Positions 33,888 to 43,404 of a stretch of 64,000 nucleotides of DNA are shown here, one piece after another. A model generated the notes under the pieces. It was not told where the DNA came from. It saw nothing but the letters and a program-made list of their open reading frames with translations, and searched no databases. The position numbers and the translations under genes are program-made. The DNA comes from Candidatus Methylaffinis lahnbergensis (GTDB lineage: Bacteria > Pseudomonadota > Alphaproteobacteria > Rhizobiales > Beijerinckiaceae). Each line of letters opens with the position of its first letter. Within the stretch, counting starts at the first letter, position 1. The stretch is from NCBI GenBank assembly GCA_002890675.1, contig PEFW01000001.1, forward strand, positions 39,610-103,609, written 5' to 3'.

Positions 33888-34336
33888 CGATGATCCTTGG
33901 GTGGCACAGTAATTACGCTTCGCGCGCAGCCGGACCGGCGTGCGTTCACGGTCCTTACCGAACCCCTTATTTTCACAGCACGTAGGCGCGAGCGGATATA
34001 AGGCTCTCCAGCCGGTGGCGACTGTGCTCACGGAACCGCCGTGGCACCGGTCTTCGACCCTTGTTGATAGAGTCTCAGAGTCTGGGGACATTGATCCCGG
34101 TTGCGCCGGGCATCGCGGCATAGCTCGAAGCGGAGATCGTCTTGCTGTCAGCACGCCGGGCTTTTCGTTCGGACGTTCGCGCGGACCGAGGACCTCAACG
34201 CCAATCGCAACCATGCAACATGAGCGAAAACCAATCCTTGGAAAGAAACCTAGTCGCTTTCGCGGCAAACGCCAAGAGCTTTTGCGAAAATATATCTCTT
34301 GCGATGTTTAGCGTGACCAATTTGTCACGCCAGGGC

Positions 34337-35236
34337 TCACTGGCCAGGACAAGCCAAAACCACACGCAGGCATCCGTCGAGGTCAAGTCTAACCTCGACC
34401 GGCGCGCCGAATGCGCCGGTCAAGAGCGATTCGACGGCCCCATGTTGGCCTACCCCCACTTCCAACGCGATCAAACCGCCTGGCGCGAGCAAAAAATCCC
34501 GCGAAGCCGGGATGATATCGCGATAGGCCGCCAAACCGTCTTCGCCGCCATCCAAAGCCAAACGCGGATCGTGATCGTGAACCTCCGGCGCTAGACGGGC
34601 GATTTCGCCGCGCACGACATAGGGCGGATTGGAAACGATCACATCGAAAGGACCGCGCAAGGCCCGGGACCAATCGCCGCAAACGATGAGACCGCGTCGG
34701 GCGAGCCCCAAGGTGGCGAGATTTTTTCGCGCGATCGCGCAGGCGCCAGGCGAAATATCGACGCCAATACCGGAAGATCCGGGCAGGCTCTGCAACAGCG
34801 AGCAAAGGATTGCGCCGGACCCCGTCCCAAGGTCGAGAATCCGCCAGCTTGCGCGCGGCGACCGGGCCGCATGTTCGAGGACCGCTTCGATGAGCGTCTC
34901 GGTGGCGTGACGCGGATCGAAAACGGCGGGGCCGATCTCGATCCGCGCCCGCCAAAAATCCCGATGGCCGATGATTCGCGACACCGGCTCGCGCTTCAAT
35001 CGCCGCGCCGCGAAAGATGTTACTAATGCGGCGCCAAGACCAAGCGGACAATCGGCGTTGGAAACGAGATCCGCGTGATCGATACCGAGCGCCGCGCAGA
35101 GAAGCACGCAGGCATCGATTTGCGCCGACTCTATGCCGCCTTTCGCCAAGGCCCGCGCGAGCGAGCGCCGCGCCGCGCCGCGCGCCATCGCCGCTTCGAA
35201 ACAGGGCGGATGCGTTATCGCAATCTCTTCCCTCAC
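34337..35236 (-). CDS. prmC: Release factor glutamine methyltransferase (HemK)
   Basis: EPVSRIIG, DPRHATETL, ILDLGTGSGAI, VSNPPYV, LALDGGEDGL. Confidence 0.93.
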   Translation of the reverse strand: MREEIAITHPPCFEAAMARGAARRSLARALAKGGIESAQIDACVLLCAALGIDHADLVSNADCPLGLGAALVTSFAARRLKREPVSRIIGHRDFWRARIEIGPAVFDPRHATETLIEAVLEHAARSPRASWRILDLGTGSGAILCSLLQSLPGSSGIGVDISPGACAIARKNLATLGLARRGLIVCGDWSRALRGPFDVIVSNPPYVVRGEIARLAPEVHDHDPRLALDGGEDGLAAYRDIIPASRDFLLAPGGLIALEVGVGQHGAVESLLTGAFGAPVEVRLDLDGCLRVVLACPGQ

Positions 35237-37152
35237 GGCGCGGACTGGCTTGCGGCATCGAGCAGAATCCTGGTCAGCCGCGCGGCGAAATGCGGCGCGT
35301 CGGCAGGCTTTTCACCTTCCATCAGCCGCGCCTCGTCGAAAAGGAGCCAGACGATATCCTCGAATTTTTCCTTGTCCGCGGCGCCAATTCGCGCGGCCAG
35401 GGCGCGAATCAGCGGATGCGCGGGATTGATTTCGAGCACCGGTTTCGACGCCGGGCCGAGGCGGCCGCTTTCGGCGAGCATCCGTTCGAGACGGCGGTCC
35501 GGCCCACGATCCGAGGCGACGAGACAAGCAGGGCTTGACGACAGCCTGTCGGAAGCGCGGACGGCCTCGACCGCCTCGCCCAACACCTGTTTCATGAGCG
35601 CGTAAAGGGTCGCGAGACCGGCCGCCGGGGGTGCCTCTTCCGCCGCGCCAGCGTCCGGTTTCTCCTTGAGCGGAATTGAGTTTATATCGGCCGTGCCCTG
35701 GGTCACCGACTTGAAAGGCTTGCCATCGAAGCCGGCCGCTGTCGCCACCCAGAAGGCGTCGACCGGATCCGGCAACAGCAAAACTTCGATGCCTCTCGCC
35801 CGGAATCCTTCAAGCTGCGGACTAGCGGACAGCTGGGCTAGATCCTCACCGAGAAGATAATAGATCGCCGTCTGGTTCGTTTGCAGGCCTTCCATGTAGT
35901 CCTTGAGGCTACGGCCGCCAGCTGGATACGCCGAGGTCGCAAAGCGCGCCAAGCCGAACAAGGCGTCGCGTTTTTCGGGGTCCTCGTAAAGCCCTTCCTT
36001 CAGGACGCTCCCAAAGTGCCCCCAGATCTTCGCGAATTTTTCCTTGTCGCTTTCGGCAAGCTTAATCAGTTCCTGAAGGACGCGGTTGGTCACGGCTTTC
36101 TTGATGGAGGCGAATACCGGGCTTTCCTGAATTGTTTCACGTGAAACATTCAGCGGAAGATCGGCCGAATCGATCACCAGGCGCACAAAGCGCAGCCATC
36201 TCGGCACAACCTCGGCGTCTTCCTTGATCAGCACATGGCGGACATAGAGCTTGGCCCGGCCCGGACGCGAGGGATCGAACAGATCGAACGGTCGCGATCC
36301 TGGCACAAACGCCAAAACCGTGTAGTCGTGGCGCCCTTCCGCGTGCCAGTGCATCGTTAATGCCGGTTCGTCGAAAACACCGCCAAGACTTTGATAAAAA
36401 TCGGTATAATCTTTGTGTTCGATCGCCGCCTTCGGTTTGGTCCAAAGCGCCGTGCCGTCGGTTAAGCGGCGCGCGCCCTTCTCTTCGACAAGTTCGATCG
36501 GCACAGCGAGCGCGCTCGAATGTTCGTGCACGAGCCGCTCAATCCGGCCTGGCTCAAGGTAATTCTTGGACTCTTCGTTCAGGTGGAGAACGACCCGCGT
36601 ACCTTGGATCGGGGCCTCGCCTTGGGCCAGCGGTTGGATAGAAAAAGTGCCTCTACCATCCGAACTCCAATGGAAGGCTTCCGTCGAACCCGCTCGGCGC
36701 GTAAAAACATCGACGCGGGCGGCGACCATGAAGGCCGAATAGAATCCGATCCCGAACTGGCCGATCAGAGCAAGTTTTTCGCGCGCGTCCGCGCCCGCCG
36801 CCTCTTCGCCGCCATTGCCGAACCGGTCCAGAAAGGCGCGGGTTCCGGAGCGCGCGATTGTGCCAAGATGATCGGTGAGGTCTTGCTGCGACATGCCGAT
36901 CCCATTGTCCTCGATGGCGAGGGTTTGGGCGTCCGCGTCGATCGAAATCCGGATCGCGAACGGCGAAGATGCCAGTGCCGGATCGGCGAGCGCCTCGTAA
37001 CGCAATTGCTCGCAGGCGTCGGCGGCATTGGAAAGGAGTTCGCGCAAAAAGATGTCCCGATCGGAATAGACCGAATGCACCATCAGGTGCAGCAATTTGG
37101 CGACATCCGCTTGAAAAGCTTGGCTTTGGCCCGCCGCGTCCGGCATTGTCAC
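35233..37152 (-). CDS. htpG: Molecular chaperone HtpG (Hsp90)
   Basis: FLRELLSNAADA, DNGIGM, GTIARSGT, IGQFGIGFYSAFMVA, LPLNVSRE, LEINPAHPLI. GGAGG precedes GTG37152. Confidence 0.96.
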   Translation of the reverse strand: MTMPDAAGQSQAFQADVAKLLHLMVHSVYSDRDIFLRELLSNAADACEQLRYEALADPALASSPFAIRISIDADAQTLAIEDNGIGMSQQDLTDHLGTIARSGTRAFLDRFGNGGEEAAGADAREKLALIGQFGIGFYSAFMVAARVDVFTRRAGSTEAFHWSSDGRGTFSIQPLAQGEAPIQGTRVVLHLNEESKNYLEPGRIERLVHEHSSALAVPIELVEEKGARRLTDGTALWTKPKAAIEHKDYTDFYQSLGGVFDEPALTMHWHAEGRHDYTVLAFVPGSRPFDLFDPSRPGRAKLYVRHVLIKEDAEVVPRWLRFVRLVIDSADLPLNVSRETIQESPVFASIKKAVTNRVLQELIKLAESDKEKFAKIWGHFGSVLKEGLYEDPEKRDALFGLARFATSAYPAGGRSLKDYMEGLQTNQTAIYYLLGEDLAQLSASPQLEGFRARGIEVLLLPDPVDAFWVATAAGFDGKPFKSVTQGTADINSIPLKEKPDAGAAEEAPPAAGLATLYALMKQVLGEAVEAVRASDRLSSSPACLVASDRGPDRRLERMLAESGRLGPASKPVLEINPAHPLIRALAARIGAADKEKFEDIVWLLFDEARLMEGEKPADAPHFAARLTRILLDAASQSAP

Positions 37153-37883
37153 GTGGCCTCCTCTCCGGTCGTAATTGAATTTCACGAATTTGGCGGCCCC
37201 TCGCGCGGATTGTGCAACCCGCGCGCCCCCCTCGCAGCGCGGATATTGCCTTTGCGCCCGGCGGATGCAAGGTCTTCGCGCTAACCGAATTCGCTCCTTT
37301 GTTTTTCGCGCGGACAAAACGCCGCCGAAACCAGGCGTCGAGGCGGCGTGCATGCTAGCCGTCCCCGCACCTACAAGCGACGATAAAGGTTGAGATAAAG
37401 CTAGGAGGCCACAGTCACGAGCGGCACGGAACCGGCCGGAGATAACCGCGCGGCGAACCTCGCTTGGAAGCGCAAGGAGGGGCGCTTATGCGGTGTTCGC
37501 GGCGACCGGCCTCGTTTTGAAACGCGGCCACAACCTTCGCCGCGTAATTGCTGCCCTGGACACGCGGCTGAAGCTGGTTTCGGAATGACGCGGCAGAGAT
37601 GTCTCCTTTGCCTGAAACCGCTCCAACTTCGCCGATCTTCGACATCAAGAGACACGCGGATACGATGGCGCTCGAAGTCGCAAAAGCAAGGTGAGATGGC
37701 CGTGGATTCCGCGAATCGTCATTGCGGGCGCAGAGGCGCAAAATCTTGTTGTCTAATCGCGCCAACCGCGACCGGCCTTAGCCTCCCGCCAGCGCGCGGC
37801 AACGAATCGATGACGCGCGGCGGAATGCGAATCCCGTGCGCAGCCAGGAAACGAAAGGAAAGCTCGGTCTGAAAGGAAACACA

Positions 37884-38591
37884 ATGTCGAAGAAAACCGC
37901 GGCAGTGATACGGCATGTTCATTTCGAGGATCTTGGCACCTTCGCGGAGCCCCTCGCGCGCGCGGGCTATGATTTCCAATATTTCGACGCCGGTGTTCAT
38001 GGCCTCCCGGCGCGCGATCCGGCCGCAACCAGTCTTCTCATCGTGCTCGGCGCGCCGGTTGGCGTTTACGAGGAAGACAAATATCCGTTTCTTCGCGACG
38101 AAATCGCTCTTCTCACGGCCCGCCTCAGTGCCGGCCAGCCGACTTTCGGCATCTGCCTTGGCGCCCAGCTCGTCGCCCGCGCGCTCGGCGCAAGAGTTTA
38201 TCCGTCTGGTATCAGGGAGATCGGCTGGGGGCCGGTCGATCTGACCGATGCGGCCAGCACCACGCCGCTTCGGCATCTGGCGGGCACGACCGTGCTGCAT
38301 TGGCACGGCGACACCTTCGATCTGCCGCAAAGCGCCGTCCATCTCGCCTCGACCGCGATGTGCCGCAACCAGGCCTTTTCCTCTGGTTCCAATATACTCT
38401 GCGTGCAATTCCATCCCGAGGTCGAGCCAACCGCCGGGATCGAACCATGGCTCGTCGGCCACGCGGCGGAACTTGGCTCGGCTCGCATCGATCCGCGCCA
38501 ATTGCGTGACGGCGCCAAGGCCGCCGGACCCTCATTGCCCGCCAAGGCGCGTAAAATGTTTGCCGAATGGCTGGAGGGGCTGCGGTCATGA
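37884..38591 (+). CDS. Stand-alone class I glutamine amidotransferase
   Basis: FEDLG, GICLGAQL (catalytic Cys), WHGDTFDLP, VQFHPEV (His-x-Glu). Confidence 0.9.
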   Translation: MSKKTAAVIRHVHFEDLGTFAEPLARAGYDFQYFDAGVHGLPARDPAATSLLIVLGAPVGVYEEDKYPFLRDEIALLTARLSAGQPTFGICLGAQLVARALGARVYPSGIREIGWGPVDLTDAASTTPLRHLAGTTVLHWHGDTFDLPQSAVHLASTAMCRNQAFSSGSNILCVQFHPEVEPTAGIEPWLVGHAAELGSARIDPRQLRDGAKAAGPSLPAKARKMFAEWLEGLRS

Positions 38592-38613
38592 CGGCGAGGG
38601 ACGCGGCGACCTC

Positions 38614-39510
38614 ATGACGGTCATTTCGATTCAGTCGCAAGTGGTGCACGGCCATGTTGGAAACAGCGCGGCGGTCTTCCCGCTGCAAGCCTGCGGCATC
38701 GAGGTCACGGCGGTGCCGACGGCGCTTTTGAGCAACCATCCGCATTATTCTTCCATGCGTGGGGAGGTGCTCGACGTAAAATTGGTGCGCGATCTGCTCA
38801 GGGGCGTGGAAGAACGCGGTCTCGTCGACACCTGCAAGGTCTTGATCTCCGGCTATTTGGGCTCGCCGGAAATTGCCGCCGCCGTGATCGATTTCGTCCG
38901 CCGGGCGAAGGCGCGAAACCCAAAACTGCTCTATCTATGCGATCCGGTCATGGGCGACGCCGGTCCCGGCGTTTACGTGGAAGAAGACTTGCGCGCCCTG
39001 TTTTGCGAAGGCCTTGTCCCATTGGCGGATATTATTACGCCGAATCAATTTGAACTGGAGCAACTGGCAGGGCGCGCGCCTGCGACGCTCGAAGGCATTG
39101 TCGCGGCCGCCCGCGGAATTGGGCCATCGACGGTTGCCGTGACGGGCGTGCAGCTCCAAGACGCATCGCCCCAGATCGTTCAGACCTTGGCGATCGAGCC
39201 ACGGGCCGGTTGGATAGTCTCCACTCCCAGGATTTCCTGCCATCCCTCGGGGACCGGAGATCTCTTCACCGCGCTTTTCGCCGCCGCGTTGGTGCAAGGC
39301 CTCGCAACCGGAGCGGCACTGGGCCGCGCCGTCTCCGGCGTCTACGGCGTTGTCGAGGAAACGGAGCGGCGGCAGTCCTATGAGATGGCACTCATCGCTT
39401 CGGCGGAGCGCATGTTACGTCCCCATCCCCTCTTTGAGGCGTCCGGCACCCCCGCGCGGGCGGATGCCGGCACGTTTCCGGCGGAGCCCGCCGCGTCCTC
39501 ACAACAATGA
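38614..39510 (+). CDS. pdxY: Pyridoxal/pyridoxamine kinase
   Basis: ISIQSQVVHGHVGNSAAVFPLQ, CDPVMGD, TPNQFELE, SGTGDLFTA. Confidence 0.9.
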   Translation: MTVISIQSQVVHGHVGNSAAVFPLQACGIEVTAVPTALLSNHPHYSSMRGEVLDVKLVRDLLRGVEERGLVDTCKVLISGYLGSPEIAAAVIDFVRRAKARNPKLLYLCDPVMGDAGPGVYVEEDLRALFCEGLVPLADIITPNQFELEQLAGRAPATLEGIVAAARGIGPSTVAVTGVQLQDASPQIVQTLAIEPRAGWIVSTPRISCHPSGTGDLFTALFAAALVQGLATGAALGRAVSGVYGVVEETERRQSYEMALIASAERMLRPHPLFEASGTPARADAGTFPAEPAASSQQ

Positions 39511-39629
39511 TGCGCTGCGCCCGTCCTCAGCAGGAACGGGCATCGGTTCCGGCTCTTTAAGAGTTCGCTAGCGCTTTGATCTTCGCAAGCTCCGCGTGCT
39601 TATCACGCCACTGGTGCGATCTTGTTCTA

Positions 39630-39980
39630 TCAATAATCATAGGCGGGGGTTTCGAACTCGAAGATGGGCTGTGGGCGGCCTGGAACTTCGAGCGGCCAGG
39701 GCAGCCGGTCGTTTCCGAACTCCGACTTCAAGTAATTCTGATCCGGCGTCCGGTTGAAGATCGTATTGGCCGTCACGTAATTCGACAGGCTGCCGACGGG
39801 AACCATCGGGCCGGGATCGAGGAAACTGCGCCGGTTGACGGTGAGCGGCGGACGTTCGTCATTATACGGCTCCGCTACCCGCGTGTGATGGCGGTGCCGC
39901 GTGGTTTGCGCGTTGGCGGCGGCAGTGAACGCGGCCAAGGCGGCGGCGGCCAGAACGATCGATAACTTATTGTGAAACAT
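39630..39980 (-). CDS. Hypothetical secreted protein
   Basis: Ala-rich signal peptide ending AANA; mature part PLTVNRRSFLDPGPMVPVG. Confidence 0.7.
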   Translation of the reverse strand: MFHNKLSIVLAAAALAAFTAAANAQTTRHRHHTRVAEPYNDERPPLTVNRRSFLDPGPMVPVGSLSNYVTANTIFNRTPDQNYLKSEFGNDRLPWPLEVPGRPQPIFEFETPAYDY

Positions 39981-40300
39981 TTCGAAACTCCTCGGGTTCC
40001 TTAGCCTAAACGCAATGACCCTGGTTTGGTTGCACCCCGCGCATTGTTGCCTCTATTAAAGTTGAGTTTACCTTAAACCGGTTACCCAATCGCACATTCC
40101 AATGGGCATGATTTTCTAGAGATGATCGACGAGAGTGATCCACGCAAAGCAGTAGTAACCGTGTGTGAACTTTTGGCGCGACAGCGGCTTGTTCAAGTCC
40201 GCGGCTAGATCGGGAACCAGCCGCCGCCAGCCGGCGCATCGAAGGGCAGCCGCAAAAGCTCGCTCAGAGGGCACCGCGATAGGAATCGCGGCTCCCAGGC

Positions 40301-41188
40301 CTAGACGATTTCACGGGCGAGAGCGAAAGCGTCACGGAAATCGATCGCGAGGTGGGTGGATGAAGTCGCTAAGCGCCGGAATAATCCCGATTCCGTCTTG
40401 TATTTCACATCGCCGATGGCGAGTGGCCCGATTCCGAGGATGCCCCCCGGCAGTTCGACACCATTGTCCATGAGCAGGAGACCCTCAATTCCCGCCGGGG
40501 GTACCGCATTGACGTCAGCCGCAATAACGAGCGATTTAGCCGAGGCGAGCGCCGCCGCCGACAAGACTTGCACGCCTGCGGCCGCGGCGCAAAACACGAT
40601 CTCGGCGCCAACCAGCACCTCCAACAGCTTCACTGGCGTGCTTGCATCGACAGCATGCACGGCAACGCCAAACCTCTTTTTGATATCGTTAGCCTTGGCC
40701 TGGACGCGTTCTGGTCCATCATGGCCGGCGAGCGTCACATCGGCGCATTCCAGCGCGGCGATGACACCGGAGGCGTAACCAACGACACCAGTCGCACCGA
40801 AGATCACGATCTTCATATCGACGAGCGCCCGGCCTTTTTTTTGCTTCAGTATTTTCTCCACGCAGGCCACCATCGCGGCAGCCGTTGTGAACGACCCGGC
40901 GGGATCGGCGAAAGAGGAAATCTCGAATGGCTTCAAAAGGGTCGCCTTTAGCTGCTCCATCATGTCGAGAGCGAGGCCGGCATCCTTTCCACCGAAGAAA
41001 ATGCATGTACGAGCCGCGTCTCGCGGGGAACGCGAAAACATGGCATCCTGAATTAATGGCGTGATTTCGTCGAGCGTGACGCTCCCGTACGATGTGACTG
41101 AATCGAATCCGGCGTCGAGCGCCATATTCACGTCGAAAGGGCTCATGTGCTTCATCGAACTGAGCATGTGCAAAATGTTTTTGGCCAC
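40301..41188 (-). CDS. mtdB: NAD(P)-dependent methylene-tetrahydromethanopterin dehydrogenase
   Basis: ILHMLSSMKHMSPFDVNMALDAG, FADPAGSFTTAAAMV, VIFGATGVVG, DVNAVPPAGI, IGPLAIGDVKY; 295 aa from GTG41188. The N-terminus is closer to MtdB than MtdA by my recall. Confidence 0.85.
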   Translation of the reverse strand: MAKNILHMLSSMKHMSPFDVNMALDAGFDSVTSYGSVTLDEITPLIQDAMFSRSPRDAARTCIFFGGKDAGLALDMMEQLKATLLKPFEISSFADPAGSFTTAAAMVACVEKILKQKKGRALVDMKIVIFGATGVVGYASGVIAALECADVTLAGHDGPERVQAKANDIKKRFGVAVHAVDASTPVKLLEVLVGAEIVFCAAAAGVQVLSAAALASAKSLVIAADVNAVPPAGIEGLLLMDNGVELPGGILGIGPLAIGDVKYKTESGLFRRLATSSTHLAIDFRDAFALAREIV

Positions 41189-41485
41189 CCATTTTCTCTT
41201 ATTTAAAGGACATCCACCGGATACCGGCCTTGTTGCCGCCGAGCTTTCCACTTTCGACGGATTTTGACAATACAAAACCCTCGGATTTTGTTGTGGTCCA
41301 GACGCGCCTCTCGCTTGGTTTTGGATCGAACGAAAAGCAATCGAGCGCCTGATGCCTCACTTGCCTACTTGCTGGCGTGGAACGCCCAACCCGTTGCGGC
41401 TTTCTCCAACATCGCCTATGCAATGAGCCGGTTATGCGGCGGGGTGCTCGCCGAAATACAACCCGATTTGTGGACGGAGCAGAAG

Positions 41486-42520
41486 ATGGATTTCAAGCTT
41501 GCCGTTGTTGGCGCGACCGGAAACGTCGGGCGCGAAATGCTCGATATTCTCGCCGAGCACCGGTTTCCGGCCGCTGAGGTCGTGGCGCTTGCCTCGCCCC
41601 GCTCGATCGGCACGGAGGTCTCTTTCGGCGACAAGATTTTGAAATGCAAAGCCCTCGAAAACTTCGATTTCAGCGGAACGGATATCTGCCTGATGTCGGC
41701 GGGCGGCACTGTCTCGAAGGAATGGGCGCCGAAAATCGCCGGCCAAGGCTGCGTCGTCATCGATAATTCTTCCGCCTGGCGCTACGATTCCGACGTGCCT
41801 CTGATCGTACCAGAGGTGAACGCCGAGGCGATCGCGGGTTTCGCCAAGCGCAACATTATTGCAAATCCGAATTGTTCGACGGCCCAGCTCGTCGTCGCCT
41901 TGAAGCCGCTGCATGACAAGGCGACCATCCGTAGGGTCGTCGTTGCGACCTATCAATCGGTGTCCGGCGCCGGCAAAGAGGCCATGGACGAGCTTTTTTC
42001 CCAGACCCGCGCGATCTTCGTGTCGGATTCTGTCACGACCAAGAAATTCCCCAAGCGTATCGCCTTCAACGTGATCCCCGAGATCGACGTGTTCATGGAG
42101 GATGGATACACCAAGGAGGAATGGAAGATGATGGCGGAGACGAAGAAGATCCTCGACCCCAAGATCAAGCTCACCGCGACCTGCGTGCGGGTGCCGGTCT
42201 TCATCGGCCATGCCGAAGCGGTCAACATCGAGTTCGCCAACCCAATCAGCGCCGATGAGGCACGTGAGATCCTGCGGGAAGCCCCCGGCTGTCTGGTGAT
42301 CGATAAGCACGAGCCCGGCGGCTCGATCACGCCGCATGAGGCGGCGGGCGAGGACGCGACCTATATCTCCCGCATCCGCGAGGATGCGACGGTTGAGAAC
42401 GGTCTCTCGCTTTGGTGCGTCGCCGACAATCTCCGCAAGGGCGCGGCGCTGAACGCGGTTCAGATCGCCGAGGTTTTGGTTAATCGCAAATTGATCGCGC
42501 CGAAGAAAAAAGCCGCGTGA
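41486..42520 (+). CDS. asd: Aspartate-semialdehyde dehydrogenase
   Basis: VVGATGNVG, VIDNSSAWR, IIANPNCST, QSVSGAG, DNLRKGAALNAVQIAE. Confidence 0.97.
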   Translation: MDFKLAVVGATGNVGREMLDILAEHRFPAAEVVALASPRSIGTEVSFGDKILKCKALENFDFSGTDICLMSAGGTVSKEWAPKIAGQGCVVIDNSSAWRYDSDVPLIVPEVNAEAIAGFAKRNIIANPNCSTAQLVVALKPLHDKATIRRVVVATYQSVSGAGKEAMDELFSQTRAIFVSDSVTTKKFPKRIAFNVIPEIDVFMEDGYTKEEWKMMAETKKILDPKIKLTATCVRVPVFIGHAEAVNIEFANPISADEAREILREAPGCLVIDKHEPGGSITPHEAAGEDATYISRIREDATVENGLSLWCVADNLRKGAALNAVQIAEVLVNRKLIAPKKKAA

Positions 42521-42587
42521 GCGGCTGTCGCAGGGTCAAAAGCGGGCTATTTTTCAAATTCTGGTGGAAACGCCCTGCCCGGCCGCG

Positions 42588-42812
42588 TCAGGACGAAGGC
42601 TCTGTTTTGCCGGAGCCAGAACGCTCCTCGAACCACGCCTCTATCTCCACCAGCGGCACGGACTCTTCATCCGGCCCGTCGATGCCCACCACTTCGTTGT
42701 CCCCTTGCGCCAAATTCCAAGCCTCTTCGAGGGCTTCCTCCTCTGTCGCCAATTCGCGGGACAGCATTTCGTGCTTCAATTCGTCATCGATATACCGAAC
42801 GAACCATCCCAT
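42588..42812 (-). CDS. Hypothetical small acidic protein
   Basis: 74-aa ORF MGWFVRYIDDELK...EEEALEEAW with GGAG upstream. Confidence 0.6.
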   Translation of the reverse strand: MGWFVRYIDDELKHEMLSRELATEEEALEEAWNLAQGDNEVVGIDGPDEESVPLVEIEAWFEERSGSGKTEPSS

Positions 42813-42879
42813 CTTCGCAACTCCCATTCTGATATTTAGCCGACCCCGCTGTCATGTTTCAAAAGGTTGTTAGGGTTAA

Positions 42880-43160
42880 GGGATTGTTGTAGCGGCGCCG
42901 GTAAAGACAATGTTCCCGGCGAGGATAACCAAATAAGGCTTATCGAGCGTCCCAAATGCCGCGCGGCCGGACAGCCAGCCGTCGAGATTTGCCACGGCAA
43001 CGACGCGCGGGTCAATGGCGCCGGCCTCCGCCGTCGCAACCCGCCCCCAAAGGAAAAGCCAATCCGTCCGCGCAAGTCCGCGTTGGCGTAGGTATTGAGC
43101 CGGTCGATCGCCGTTAATGCTTTTTTGGCTTGGCGAAGGACTCTGCGATCGCCGACCCGC
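42880..43160 (-). pseudogene. Alpha/beta-hydrolase (PAF-acetylhydrolase-like) fragment
   Basis: RGRIGFSFGG nucleophile elbow, frameshift, then VATAEAGAIDPRVVAVANLDGW...LDKPYL. No start codon. Confidence 0.55.
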
Positions 43161-43209
43161 AAAGTGGGGTTGAATGCTTCGGCTGACGAAAGAGAACACT
43201 TCTAACGTG

Positions 43210-43265
43210 ATACGATAGAAACGGCGATTGTAGCGAAACACGAATTCATTGAGATCGGTGCCGAG
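43210..43265 (-). mobile_element. IS1595-family transposase C-terminal scrap
   Basis: DLNEFVFRYNRRFY, the family's terminal (Y)LxEFxFR(Y/F)NRR motif. Confidence 0.6.
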
Positions 43266-43404
43266 GTTCCATCTTGCCAAACAGGCCAAAACGAGCGAAT
43301 GCTACAAGCTCCCAGCGATCTGGCGAATGCCAGCTCCGGGTTCGGGTCTGGGCAAGCTTCGCGGATCGTTTTTCAACCGCTTTGCCTCGGTTGGGCCTAA
43401 ATCG

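Noticed and set aside
37400-37880. Possible riboswitch or ncRNA in the htpG-GATase intergenic region
   Set aside because: Only a partial GTCATTGCG-type repeat half was seen, with no cobalamin, TPP, SAM or other conserved cores.
40274-40291. Hairpin CCGCGAT-AGGA-ATCGCGG downstream of mtdB
   Set aside because: It has a 7-bp stem but no U-tract, so it was not called as an intrinsic terminator.
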